The position numbers and the translations under genes were made by a program. Below, one piece after another: positions 27,424-36,509 of a stretch of DNA of 64,000 nucleotides. The notes under the pieces are model-generated. The model worked only from the letters and a program-made list of their open reading frames with translations. It was not told the origin of the DNA and searched no databases. Numbering within the stretch: position 1 is the first letter of the stretch; each line of letters opens with the position of its first letter. Source of the DNA: Candidatus Hadarchaeales archaeon. GTDB taxonomy: Archaea > Hadarchaeota > Hadarchaeia > Hadarchaeales > WYZ-LMO6. Location of the stretch: contig JAWCKR010000002.1 of NCBI GenBank assembly GCA_038851755.1, positions 32,001 through 96,000 on the forward strand, read 5' to 3'.

Positions 27424-27977
27424 GGAGGGAGGCCAGGAAAGGGCTCAAGGACCTCTTCTCCATGCAGGGGGAGGATCCGGAGTTCCTGCGGGGGCTGAGG
27501 GAGGAGATCGGGGACCAGGAGCCAGATGTCTGCTTCCAGTGCATGAGGTGCACGAGCGGCTGTGATGCCTTCAAGTTCCAGAAGGGATACAAGCCCCACC
27601 AGCTCGTGGGCTTCGCCAGGCTTGGGCTGAAGGAGAGGATGGTGGGCTCGGAGGTGATATGGAACTGCACCACCTGCTCCTACTGCAAGGAGGTCTGTCC
27701 GCAGCGCGTGGCGCCGGTGGATGTGGTGAAGGCGGCCAGGAGGATGGCCGTGAGGGAGGGGAGAGCGGTGGAGGACCACAGGAAGATCGCGGGCTACCTG
27801 ATCAAGACGGGCCACCTGGTGCCCGTGAACGACACGGTGAGGGGGTTGAGGGAGAAGCTGGGTCTGCCCGGCACTCCACCCACCACCCACGCCTCCCAGA
27901 AGGCCCTGGAGGAGGTGAGGGAGCTGGTGAAGCGCACGGGCTTCGTGAAGCTGCTGGGGGAGGGAAAGGATGGTTAA
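27420..27977 (+). CDS. hdrC: Heterodisulfide reductase subunit C (copy 1)
   Basis: CFQCMRCTSGC, WNCTTCSYCKEVCPQ.V, TGH.VP, R.KLGL...PPT. TTG start inferred from overlap with the GNAT stop. Confidence 0.85.
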   Translation: MRREARKGLKDLFSMQGEDPEFLRGLREEIGDQEPDVCFQCMRCTSGCDAFKFQKGYKPHQLVGFARLGLKERMVGSEVIWNCTTCSYCKEVCPQRVAPVDVVKAARRMAVREGRAVEDHRKIAGYLIKTGHLVPVNDTVRGLREKLGLPGTPPTTHASQKALEEVRELVKRTGFVKLLGEGKDG

Positions 27978-28857
27978 GGGAGAGTACGCTTTCTACCTGG
28001 GCTGCATCACCCCCAACAGGTATCCGGGCATAGAGGCCGCCACCAGGAAGGTCTTCGAGCGGCTGGGGATAAGGCTCAGGGATATGGAGGGTGCTTCCTG
28101 CTGTCCTGCCCCCGGGGTGGTGGGGTCCTTCGATGCTCTCACCTGGCTCGTGCTGGGGGCGAGGAACCTCTCCATCGCCGAGGGGATGGGACTGGACGTG
28201 CTCACCGTGTGCAACGGTTGCTTCGACACCCTCTTCGAGGTGAACAGGGTGCTGAAGGAGGATCCGGAGCTCAGACGCAGGGTGAACGAGCTTCTCGCGG
28301 GGGTGGGGAGGAGCTACGGGGCCACGATAGAGGTTCACCACTTCACGAAGGTACTCCACGACTACGGGGTGAAGGAGCTCAAGAAGCATGTCAGGAGACC
28401 CCTTGGCCTGAAGGTGGCGGTGCACTACGGCTGCCACCTCCTCCGTCCCTCGGAGCACAAGGGCATAGACAACCCCCTGGCGCCCAGGCTGGTGGACGAG
28501 CTGGTGGAGGCGCTCGGATGTGAGAGCGTGGACTATCCGAGCAGGCTCATGTGCTGCGGTGCGGGGGGAGGGGTGAGGTCGGCCTTCCTGAAGTACTCCC
28601 TGGAGTTCACCAGGAAGAAACTGCAGGAGCTGAAGGAGAGGGGGGTGGACTGTCTGGTGGATGTCTGTTCCTTCTGCCACCTGCAGTTCGACAGGGGACA
28701 GAAGGAAATAGAGAACCTCTTCGGGGAGACCTTCGGGATGCCGGTGGTGCACTACTCCCAGCTCCTAGGTCTGGCCATGGGGATGGCCCCCGCCGAGCTG
28801 GGGATGGATGCCCACGCCGTTTCCTGTGAGCCCCTCCTCAAGAAGCTGGGTCTCTGA
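27970..28857 (+). CDS. hdrB: Heterodisulfide reductase subunit B (copy 1, canonical)
   Basis: YLGCITPNRYPGIE, ASCCPAPG, CNGC, HYGCHLLRPS, CCGAGGGVRS, CSFCHLQFD.GQ. Confidence 0.92.
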   Translation: MVKGEYAFYLGCITPNRYPGIEAATRKVFERLGIRLRDMEGASCCPAPGVVGSFDALTWLVLGARNLSIAEGMGLDVLTVCNGCFDTLFEVNRVLKEDPELRRRVNELLAGVGRSYGATIEVHHFTKVLHDYGVKELKKHVRRPLGLKVAVHYGCHLLRPSEHKGIDNPLAPRLVDELVEALGCESVDYPSRLMCCGAGGGVRSAFLKYSLEFTRKKLQELKERGVDCLVDVCSFCHLQFDRGQKEIENLFGETFGMPVVHYSQLLGLAMGMAPAELGMDAHAVSCEPLLKKLGL

Positions 28858-28894
28858 GGAAAAACTTTTTAGCGGAGGAGGGAGGGGAGAGAGA

Positions 28895-30085
28895 ATGCGC
28901 GAAGTGGCCGTGGTGGGGATAGGACACACCAAGTTCGGGAAGTGGGAGAACAGGACGGGGATAGAGCTCTTTTGCGAGGCCGCCCAGCAGGCCATGGAGG
29001 AGGCGGGGGTTGAGGGAGGGGAGGTGGAGGCTCTCTTCGTGGGCTCGGCCCTGGGCGATTTCGAGGAGGGCCAGGCCATGATCCAGGCCCAGTGCCGCGC
29101 GGAGCTGGGCCTCGGCCTCATCCCCTGCACGCGCTTCGAGGGAGCCTGTGCCTCCTCCACGGTGGCGGTGAGGGACGCCTGGATGTGGGTGGCCTCCGGG
29201 GCCTACGACCTGGTCCTGGTGGGTGGGACGGAGAGGGTCCTGCCCATGGGTACTCCCCTGGCCACCCGGACCTTCGCCATGGCCATGCACTCCACCTACG
29301 AGGTGCCCGCCGGTCTGACCTTCCCCGGGGTCTTCGCGCTGGTGGCGAGGCTCTACTCCAGGGTCTACGGCCTGCCCCTGGAGAGGCTCAGGGAGCAGAT
29401 GGCCCATGTCTCCATCCAGAACCACAGGCACGGCGCCAGGAACCCGCTGGGTCAGTTCTACGGGAAGTACGAGAACCTGAAGGTGGAGGAGGTCCTGAAC
29501 TCCAGGATGGTCTGCGATCCCATCACCCTCCTAGACTGCTGCCCCTTCACGGATGGGGCCGCGGCCCTCCTGCTTTGCGCCGGTGAGAAGGCCAGGAAGT
29601 ACACGGACACCCCCGTTTACGTCCTGGGTACGGGACAGGGGGCGGGAGGTCCCATGGCCCTCTTCGAGGAGGAGCTGGTGAAGCCGCCCTCGAGGGTCTC
29701 CTCGGCCAGGATGGCCTTCAAGCAGGCTCGCCTGGAACCGAAGGACATCCAGGTGCTGGAGCTCCACGACTGCTTCACCACCGCGGAGATCGTGGCCCTG
29801 GAGGCGATGGGGTTCTTCCCCGAGGGGAAGGCGGGGGAGGCCGTGGTGGAGGGGCAGACGGAGGTAGGTGGGAAGATCCCCACCAACATGTCTGGCGGCC
29901 TGCTGGGAAAGGGGCATCCCATAGGGGCCACGGGGGCCTCGCAGGTGTGCATGATCGTGCAGCAGCTGAGGGGAGAGGCGCCGAAGGGGAACCAGGTGGA
30001 TCCCGTCCCCGAGGTGGGGATGGTGGACACCATGGGCGGAGCCTACGGTACCCTCTGCCACCTCATCCTGGGGAGGAGAGGATGA
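28895..30085 (+). CDS. Thiolase (archaeal/SCP2-type acetyl-CoA acyltransferase)
   Basis: VAVVGIG.TKFG, EGACASS, DGAAA, ELHDCFT, SGGLLGKGHPIGATG. Confidence 0.9.
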   Translation: MREVAVVGIGHTKFGKWENRTGIELFCEAAQQAMEEAGVEGGEVEALFVGSALGDFEEGQAMIQAQCRAELGLGLIPCTRFEGACASSTVAVRDAWMWVASGAYDLVLVGGTERVLPMGTPLATRTFAMAMHSTYEVPAGLTFPGVFALVARLYSRVYGLPLERLREQMAHVSIQNHRHGARNPLGQFYGKYENLKVEEVLNSRMVCDPITLLDCCPFTDGAAALLLCAGEKARKYTDTPVYVLGTGQGAGGPMALFEEELVKPPSRVSSARMAFKQARLEPKDIQVLELHDCFTTAEIVALEAMGFFPEGKAGEAVVEGQTEVGGKIPTNMSGGLLGKGHPIGATGASQVCMIVQQLRGEAPKGNQVDPVPEVGMVDTMGGAYGTLCHLILGRRG

Positions 30086-30480
30086 GACTCTACTCCGTGG
30101 ATTACGAGCGGGGACTGAAGGAGGGGAAGCTGCTGGGACTGAAGTGCCAGGACTGCGGTGCCGTCACCTGCCCTCCCATGGCGGCATGCCGCAAGTGCGG
30201 GAGCAGGAGGCTGGAGGCGGTGGAGCTGAGCGGCAGGGGTGAGCTGATGACCTTCACCGTGATAAGGGTCCCACCGGAGGGCATGGAGGGTCCGTACATC
30301 GTCTGTCTGGTGAGGACGGAGGAGGGGCCCTGGGTGATGGGAAGGCTGGAGGCGGAAGGAGAGGCGGAGCAGGAGTGGCTGGGGAGGAGGGTGAGGCTGT
30401 CCGGGGCATACGTCTGGTCGGATAAGTACTCTTCCGGGGAGAGGGTGAGTCCAGTCTTCAGGCTGGAGGGGGGGAGATAA
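30082..30480 (+). CDS. DUF35 Zn-ribbon/OB-fold protein (thiolase partner)
   Basis: GLKEGKL.G.KCQDCG...PP...CRKCG, G.G.L.TFTVI, PY. Confidence 0.88.
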   Translation: MRLYSVDYERGLKEGKLLGLKCQDCGAVTCPPMAACRKCGSRRLEAVELSGRGELMTFTVIRVPPEGMEGPYIVCLVRTEEGPWVMGRLEAEGEAEQEWLGRRVRLSGAYVWSDKYSSGERVSPVFRLEGGR

Positions 30481-30529
30481 CCCCCACGATAAGGTTAAAT
30501 ATGGGTCGAGAGTAATAAGTCGGTCCAAA

Positions 30530-31057
30530 ATGGCGGGCATAACCGATCAGCTCAGGGCAACCAAACCCCAACCGGAGCTGGTGGATAAGTTCTATGGGGT
30601 GGTGGAGAAACTCAAGCTGGAAAACCCCTTCCACTGCTTCCAGTGCTTCAAGTGCACCAGCGGTTGCACCTCCTTCAGGCTCACGGAGATCATGCCTCAC
30701 TCCTTCGTGAACTTCGTCAGGCTGGGGTTCGTGGAGGACATGATGAGGTCGGAGCTCCTCTGGGCCTGCTGCCAGTGCCTGAAGTGCAAGGAGAGGTGCC
30801 CGCAGGAAGTTGCTCCCGTGGACGTGATCTTCCTCCTGAGGAGGATGACGGTGAGCTCGGGGGCGGAGATACCCGAGGACCTCTCCAAGATCATCATGAG
30901 CGTGACCGAGACGGGCTTCATCCAGGGGATCCAGAAGGTGAAGGTGGGAGAGGCTTCCGTGGACAGGGAGCAGCTCGGTCTGCCACCGATAGACCTGCCC
31001 GATCCCGCCAAGTTCAGCTCCGTCCTCATGAAGGCCATGGAGGAGCAGATAGAATGA
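30530..31057 (+). CDS. hdrC: Heterodisulfide reductase subunit C-like (copy 2)
   Basis: CFQCFKCTSGC, WACCQCLKCKERCPQ.V; TTAAATA box at 30495-30501. Confidence 0.82.
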   Translation: MAGITDQLRATKPQPELVDKFYGVVEKLKLENPFHCFQCFKCTSGCTSFRLTEIMPHSFVNFVRLGFVEDMMRSELLWACCQCLKCKERCPQEVAPVDVIFLLRRMTVSSGAEIPEDLSKIIMSVTETGFIQGIQKVKVGEASVDREQLGLPPIDLPDPAKFSSVLMKAMEEQIE

Positions 31058-31923
31058 AGATCGCCCTCTACCCCGGGTGCGTGGCGGCCACCGAACAGTA
31101 CGCCTGCGAGCTGGCCACCCGCGAGGTCCTCCGCGAGCTGGGAGTGGAGGTGGTGGAGGTCCCCGGCTTCTCCTGCTGCGGCTGGCCCCTGCAGAACGTG
31201 GGAACGGTGGGGTGGGTGTACCTGGCGGCCAGGAACATGGCCCTGGCGGCCGAGAAGGGAGTGGGTCTGGTCACCCTGTGCAACGTGTGCAACAGGATGT
31301 TCTACGAGGCCAAGGCCCTGATGGCGGCGAATCCCGAGCTCCGCGAGAAGATTTCCTCCCTCCTGAAGGAGGAGGGCAGGAAGCCCCTCGACGGGGTGGA
31401 GATCCTTCACCCCCTCGAGCTCTTCCACGACAAGATAGGGGTGGAGGAGATAAAGAAGAGGGTGAAGAAGCCCCTGAAGGGGCTGAAGCTGGCGGCGCAC
31501 ACGGGATGTCAGGCCATCCGCCCCAGGCAGCTCAGGTCCATCGACGATCCCGAGCATCCCCAGAAGCTCCCCAGGCTGGTGGAGGCCCTGGGGGCCCAGA
31601 GTCCCCACTACCCCGAGTCGCTCGATTGCTGCGGGGCCTACCTCTTCTACACCAGGAAGGACGCCTCCCTCACGCTGGCCGGGGAGAAGGTGGAGGCGGT
31701 TCAGAACTGGGGATACGACGGTCTGGTGACGGTGTGCTCGAGCGGACACAGGATGCTGGACGGCAAGCAGGATGCCGCGGCCACCACGATAGGGAAGGCC
31801 CTGAACCTGCCCGTGGTCTACTACACCCAGTTGCTCGGTCTGGCCATGGGTCTGGCCCCGGAGAAGCTGGGCCTGCAGCTGAATCGCAGTCCAGTGAAGA
31901 ACCTGGTGGGAAAGATAGGCTGA
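31054..31923 (+). CDS. hdrB: Heterodisulfide reductase subunit B-like (copy 2, divergent)
   Basis: YPGC, SCCG, CNVC, HTGC..IRP, DCCG, VCSSGH, PVVYYTQLLGLAMG. Confidence 0.82.
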   Translation: MKIALYPGCVAATEQYACELATREVLRELGVEVVEVPGFSCCGWPLQNVGTVGWVYLAARNMALAAEKGVGLVTLCNVCNRMFYEAKALMAANPELREKISSLLKEEGRKPLDGVEILHPLELFHDKIGVEEIKKRVKKPLKGLKLAAHTGCQAIRPRQLRSIDDPEHPQKLPRLVEALGAQSPHYPESLDCCGAYLFYTRKDASLTLAGEKVEAVQNWGYDGLVTVCSSGHRMLDGKQDAAATTIGKALNLPVVYYTQLLGLAMGLAPEKLGLQLNRSPVKNLVGKIG

Positions 31924-31930
31924 TGGGCTT

Positions 31931-33406
31931 CTGAGGGAGAGCACGGATCCTCAGGAACTCGATGGACTCCTCAGTCCCCGAAGTGTGGCCCTGGTGGGGG
32001 CCTCCCCCAACCCTTACTCTGGGGGATATGCATACGCAGTCCACCTCCTGCAGGACTTCAAGGGCAAGTTCTTCTTCGTGAACCCCAAGGTGGGTGAGAT
32101 CCTCGGGGTGAAGACCTATCCCAGCCTGCTCGACATCCCCGGGAGGGTGGACTACGTCATCTGCAGTATCTCCTCGGAGAAAGTGCCCTCCCTGCTGGAG
32201 GAGTGCTCGAAGAAGGGAGTGAGGATGATCCATCTCTTCACGGCGAGGATGTCGGAGACGGGGAGGGAGGAGGGGGAGAGACTGGAAAAGGAAATTGTGG
32301 AGAAGGCGAGGAGGCTTGGGATCAGGGTGCTGGGCCCCAACTGCATGGGGCTCTACAACCCGGAGGTGGGTCTCACCTACGGCTACTCCTTTCCCGAAGA
32401 GCCTGGCCCGGTGGGGGGGATCTTTCAGAGCGGGGGTCTCTCCACCGACTTCGTCCACTACGGATACCTGAGGGGGCTCAGGTTCAGCAGGGTGGTAAGC
32501 TACGGGAACGGCAGGGACCTGGATGAGTCCGAACTCCTCCGGTACTTCTCCTGGCATCCCTCCACCAGGGTGGTGGCGATGTACCTGGAGGGTGTGAGGG
32601 ACGGCAGGAAGTTCGTCAGCGCCCTCAGGGAGACGGCGGGGAAGAAACCGGTGGTGGTGCTGAAGGGGGGAAAGGGAGGAACGGGGGCCAGGGCGATCCG
32701 CTCCCACACCGCCTCCGTGGCCGGCAGGGAGGAGGTGTGGAGGGCGGTCCTGAGGAGCAGCGGGGCAGTGGAGGTGGACAGCTTCGAGGAGCTCCTGGAC
32801 CAGCTCGTGGCGTTCACCTTTCTCCCCCCCTCGACGGGCAGGAGGGTGGCGGTCCTGGGCGGGGGAGGGGGGAAGAGCGTGCTCTCGGCCGATCTCTGGG
32901 AGAGGGAGGGGTTTGAGCTGCCGGACCTGAGCCCCTCCCTCAGAGAGAAGCTCAGGGAGATGTGTCCTGGGGAGTGGGACTGGGTGGGGAACCCCGTGGA
33001 CTTCTCCATCCTGCAGGAGCGCCCGGTCATGCCGCAGGAGTGGCTGGAGCTGATGGACGACAGTGGGGACTTTGACTTCTTCGTCTTCAACCTCACGGAG
33101 GACGATCCCCTGCCGGAGGAGGTGTGGAGGTTCTGGATGGATGAGCAGGTGAACGGGCTTCTGAGGTTCAAGCGCAGGGGGAAGCCCCTGCTCGCGGTGG
33201 TGCCCTCAGCGGGCGTGGACTCCAGGGAGCTCAGGAGGTGGAGGTGGGGAGCCATAGGGGAGATCAGGAGGAGGATGGTGGAGGAGGGCCTGCCGGTCTT
33301 TCCTTCCGTGGAGAGGGCGGCCAGGGCACTCAGGAGGTTCGTGAACTACTGGGAGAGGAGAGCTGGGAAGGGGGTCAGCCCTTCTTGCTCTTCAAGTAGC
33401 TCGTGA
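31931..33406 (+). CDS. ADP-forming acyl-CoA synthetase alpha-type CoA-binding subunit (copy 2); start uncertain (CTG 31931 or GTG 31985)
   Basis: LDGLLSPRSVALVGAS aligns with FDRVFCPRGVAVVGAS of copy 1; GPNCMG, QSGG, SYGN, SHTASVAG, NPVD. Confidence 0.8.
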   Translation: MRESTDPQELDGLLSPRSVALVGASPNPYSGGYAYAVHLLQDFKGKFFFVNPKVGEILGVKTYPSLLDIPGRVDYVICSISSEKVPSLLEECSKKGVRMIHLFTARMSETGREEGERLEKEIVEKARRLGIRVLGPNCMGLYNPEVGLTYGYSFPEEPGPVGGIFQSGGLSTDFVHYGYLRGLRFSRVVSYGNGRDLDESELLRYFSWHPSTRVVAMYLEGVRDGRKFVSALRETAGKKPVVVLKGGKGGTGARAIRSHTASVAGREEVWRAVLRSSGAVEVDSFEELLDQLVAFTFLPPSTGRRVAVLGGGGGKSVLSADLWEREGFELPDLSPSLREKLREMCPGEWDWVGNPVDFSILQERPVMPQEWLELMDDSGDFDFFVFNLTEDDPLPEEVWRFWMDEQVNGLLRFKRRGKPLLAVVPSAGVDSRELRRWRWGAIGEIRRRMVEEGLPVFPSVERAARALRRFVNYWERRAGKGVSPSCSSSSS

Positions 33407-34340
33407 GAGCAGGGATCACCTGGTAGAGGTCTCCCACGATCCCGTAGTCGGCCACCTTGAAGATGGGTGCCTCTGGATCCTTGTTGATGGCCACGATGAT
33501 CTTCGAGTCCCTCATCCCCGCCAGGTGCTGGACCTGCCCGGAGATGCCCACGGCCATGTACATCCTGGGCTTCACCTTGTGCCCGGAAAGACCCACCCAG
33601 TGGTCCTCGGGGAGCCACTTGAGGTCCGCGGCTATGGGCCTGGAGCATCCCAGCGTGGCCCCGATCAGGCCAGCCAGCTCCTCCAGCAGCTTCAGGTCCT
33701 CCTTCTTCCTGAAACCCCTCCCGCAGGAGGTGATGAGCTCCGCGTCCTCTATCTTTATTCCCTTCACCTCTTTCTTCTTCAGCTCCAGCACCTTCTTCTC
33801 CACGGCTGGTACCTCCACCTTCACCTCCACCACCTCCCCTTTCTTGGAGTCGTCCTTCGGAGGCTTCTCGAAGGTCCTGGGGGGGACCGTGGCGATCTGC
33901 GGTTTGGTCTTCGAGAACTCGGTGGCCACCACCATCGCGGAGATGGCAGGACGCTCGGCTATGAGGAGTTTCTTTTCCTTGTCTATCCTGAGGTTCGTGG
34001 CCCCCGCCGCGCACCCCACGTTCAGCCTGGTGGCGAGCCTGGGGGCGGTTTCCTTCCCTCTCTTGGTGGCGCCTATCAGCATGACCTCAGGCTTGGCCGC
34101 TTCCACCACCTTGGCCAGGGCCTCGGTGTAGGTCTCCGGCAGGAAGGAGGCCAGTGAGGGGTGATCCACCACGTAGACCACCTCGGCCCCGTAGGCGAAG
34201 AGCTCTCCTTCCTTGCCCTTCACACCGCTTCCCACCAGGGCGGCGGCGAGCTTGGTGCCCAGCTCCCCCGCCAGCTCACGGCCCTTGCCCAGGAGTTCAG
34301 CGGCCACCTCCAGGTTCTCGGAGAAGACCAGTACCGTCAT
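33375..34340 (-). CDS. etfA: Electron transfer flavoprotein alpha subunit
   Basis: GRG, GCSRP, VGLSG..VKP.MY.AVGISGQVQHLAGM, AINKDPEAPIF..ADYGIVGD. Confidence 0.93.
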   Translation of the reverse strand: MTVLVFSENLEVAAELLGKGRELAGELGTKLAAALVGSGVKGKEGELFAYGAEVVYVVDHPSLASFLPETYTEALAKVVEAAKPEVMLIGATKRGKETAPRLATRLNVGCAAGATNLRIDKEKKLLIAERPAISAMVVATEFSKTKPQIATVPPRTFEKPPKDDSKKGEVVEVKVEVPAVEKKVLELKKKEVKGIKIEDAELITSCGRGFRKKEDLKLLEELAGLIGATLGCSRPIAADLKWLPEDHWVGLSGHKVKPRMYMAVGISGQVQHLAGMRDSKIIVAINKDPEAPIFKVADYGIVGDLYQVIPALTSYLKSKKG

Positions 34341-34342
34341 CC

Positions 34343-35134
34343 TCACACCTTCAGGACTCCCTCCTTCACGAGGGCTTTCACCAGCTCCTCCACCTGCTGG
34401 GGAAGCTCACCCTGGAAGACCACATTTTTCCTGCCCATTACCGGAGCCTCGGCCTTCATCACCTGTATGGCCGACCCGGCGAGCCCCACCTCCTCGTTCT
34501 TCAGCCCGAGGTCGGCGGCCCCCCAGGTGTCCACCTTCTTCTTGGAGGCGGCCATGATCTTGGGCAGGGTGGCGAACCTGGGCTCGTTGATTTCCTTGGT
34601 GACCGTGACCACGGCCGGAAGCTTGGCCTCCACCACCTCGTAACCCTCCTCCAGGTCCCTCTCCACCACGATCTTTCCGTCACCCACCGAAACGATGTTC
34701 CTCACGTAGGTGAGCTGTGGGAGGTTGAGGAGGGCGGCCAGCCTGGGACCCACCATCCCCGAGTAGCCGTCCATGCTCGCCTCGGCCAGCAGGACGAGGT
34801 CCACGTTCCCTATCTTCTTTATCGCCGCCGCCAGCACCCTGGCGGTGGCGAGGGTATCGGAGTTCTCGAAGGCGGGGTCGCTGAGCAGGTAGGCGTTGTC
34901 GATCCCCATGGCCAGGGCCTCCCTCAGGGCCCTCATGGCATCGGCGGGTCCCATGGTTATCACGAAGGTCTCGGCCTTCTGCTTTTCCTTGAGCCTCACG
35001 GCTTCCTCTATGGCGTTCTTGTCGAAGTCGCTTATTTTCCTGGAGACTCCATCGGTGATCAGGAGGCGCGTGCTGGGATCCACCTTGAGCTCGGCGGGAT
35101 CAAAAACCTGCTTGATGCACACCACGACGCGCAT
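34343..35134 (-). CDS. etfB: Electron transfer flavoprotein beta subunit
   Basis: VVCIKQV.D, D.NAIEEA, MGP..A..ALREALAMG.D, D.LATA, NEPR. Confidence 0.93.
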   Translation of the reverse strand: MRVVVCIKQVFDPAELKVDPSTRLLITDGVSRKISDFDKNAIEEAVRLKEKQKAETFVITMGPADAMRALREALAMGIDNAYLLSDPAFENSDTLATARVLAAAIKKIGNVDLVLLAEASMDGYSGMVGPRLAALLNLPQLTYVRNIVSVGDGKIVVERDLEEGYEVVEAKLPAVVTVTKEINEPRFATLPKIMAASKKKVDTWGAADLGLKNEEVGLAGSAIQVMKAEAPVMGRKNVVFQGELPQQVEELVKALVKEGVLKV

Positions 35135-35230
35135 CGCTTTTTTGCCCTCTCTGCATATAAAAAACTTTTGCTTTAGGGATGAGACGGGGCGGGGTTCATA
35201 TCGCCCTATACTCCAGCCTGAGGGGTTGGA

Positions 35231-35362
35231 TGGTGGGGCCGCCAGGATTTGAACCCGGGTTTGCAGGTCTCTCCGAGCTCCAGTGATACATCATCCTTTC
35301 CGTCAGCAGACCCACACCACCTCACTGGAGCCTGCTGTGCTACCAAGCTACACCACGGCCCC
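35231..35362 (-). tRNA. tRNA-Trp(CCA) with a 56-nt intron at 37/38 (35269-35324); CCA end encoded
   Basis: Acceptor GGGGCCG/CGGCCCC-A-CCA, anticodon stem GCAGG/CCTGC around CT-CCA-G|A, T-loop GGTTCAAATCC. Confidence 0.93.
35269..35324 (-). ncRNA. Intron-encoded box C/D guide RNA of pre-tRNA-Trp
   Basis: Intron carries CTGA (D') and ATGATG (C'). Guide GGTCT is complementary to AGACC at the 3' junction and CACTGGAGC to GCTCCAGTG at the anticodon. Confidence 0.7.
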
Positions 35363-35441
35363 TTCCTCTCTCTTCCCCCTTCCTTAAAAACTCATCCCGT
35401 TCAACCCCCGGATTAAAAGGGACGCAGGGGGAAGTAGGACG

Positions 35442-35858
35442 ATGGAGATCTCGGTGAGGCTGGAGTACCTCTCCGCCGAAAGGCTCTGGGACCACGAGAA
35501 ACCCTTCCCTCGAGAGATGCACCTCTCCACCAACCTCAGCCTGACGGAGGTGAAGCCTGAAGGGGAAAGGGTGGTGATCTCCTACACCGTTTCCATCCTC
35601 TACTCCCCCTCCGTGGCCCAGATGAACCTCAGGGGCAAGGCCTTCCTGACGGGCAGGCGTGAGGAGCTGGAGAAGGTGGTGGAGGGATACGGGAAGCAGA
35701 GGGCCCCTCCCCTGGAGCTCCTCCAGCCCCTGATGGGCGCCGTGCTCGTGGAGGCCACCATTCTCTCCCGCTCCCTCCAGCTTCCTCCCCCTCTTCCCTT
35801 ACCCCTCCTCTCCAAGCCTCCCGAGGGAAAGGAGGACAAGCCCTCATACGTGGGTTGA
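35442..35858 (+). CDS. Conserved archaeal-type hypothetical protein
   Basis: Typical codon usage, TTAAAA box upstream, C-terminal LPPPLPLP; no function recognised. Confidence 0.65.
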   Translation: MEISVRLEYLSAERLWDHEKPFPREMHLSTNLSLTEVKPEGERVVISYTVSILYSPSVAQMNLRGKAFLTGRREELEKVVEGYGKQRAPPLELLQPLMGAVLVEATILSRSLQLPPPLPLPLLSKPPEGKEDKPSYVG

Positions 35859-35972
35859 GGGGCTCAGCCCTTCTTCCTCATCGCCTCGCTCGGTCCTCGA
35901 AAGCCTCTTCCTCGCCCCTCCTCCGGCAGGGGGTGGTGAGGCTTTATCCCTTCCGGAAGGGAGAGGGAGGGG

Positions 35973-36509
35973 ATGAAGGTAGCCTTCCCTCCCAGGAAGC
36001 AAAGAGTGGGGATACCCTGCGTCAGGGGCAGGGCCACCCTCATCGGGGAGGGCCTCTTCAAGAGCGTGTTCAGGGTGGGCCCCCTGGTGGTGAAGGCCTA
36101 CAAGGGAAAGTACGCGGGGAAGAACCCTCTTCTGAAGCCCGAGGAGCTGGATGCGAGGATAAGGGAGGCGCACAGGAAGGTGTCCTTCCTTCCCCGCTAC
36201 TACGGGCTGGTGGTGGGGTGCGTGGAGCGAGGGGGGAGGAGGCAGGTCGTCCCCCTCTCCTTTCACGAGTACGTGAAGCCCCTGAGGTACCACTCCGTGA
36301 GGGAGCTGGGGAGGGTGCTGAGGTTCATCCTGAGGGCGGCGGAGGACGGGTACGTGCTGGACGTGAAGATGCCCAACTTCGGGGTGAAGAGGGGCAGGCT
36401 CTACTACCTGGACGAGATGGGGTTGGGGAGCGGGGTGCTCCCCCCCGACCTGCTCGAGCACTTGCTCTACCTCTTCAGGCCTCCCAGGAAGAAGGTCACT
36501 CCAGCATGA
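35973..36509 (+). CDS. Small atypical kinase-like protein
   Basis: Gly loop IGEGLFKSVF, VVK, catalytic-loop-like DVKMPNFG, YYLDE. Confidence 0.55.
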   Translation: MKVAFPPRKQRVGIPCVRGRATLIGEGLFKSVFRVGPLVVKAYKGKYAGKNPLLKPEELDARIREAHRKVSFLPRYYGLVVGCVERGGRRQVVPLSFHEYVKPLRYHSVRELGRVLRFILRAAEDGYVLDVKMPNFGVKRGRLYYLDEMGLGSGVLPPDLLEHLLYLFRPPRKKVTPA

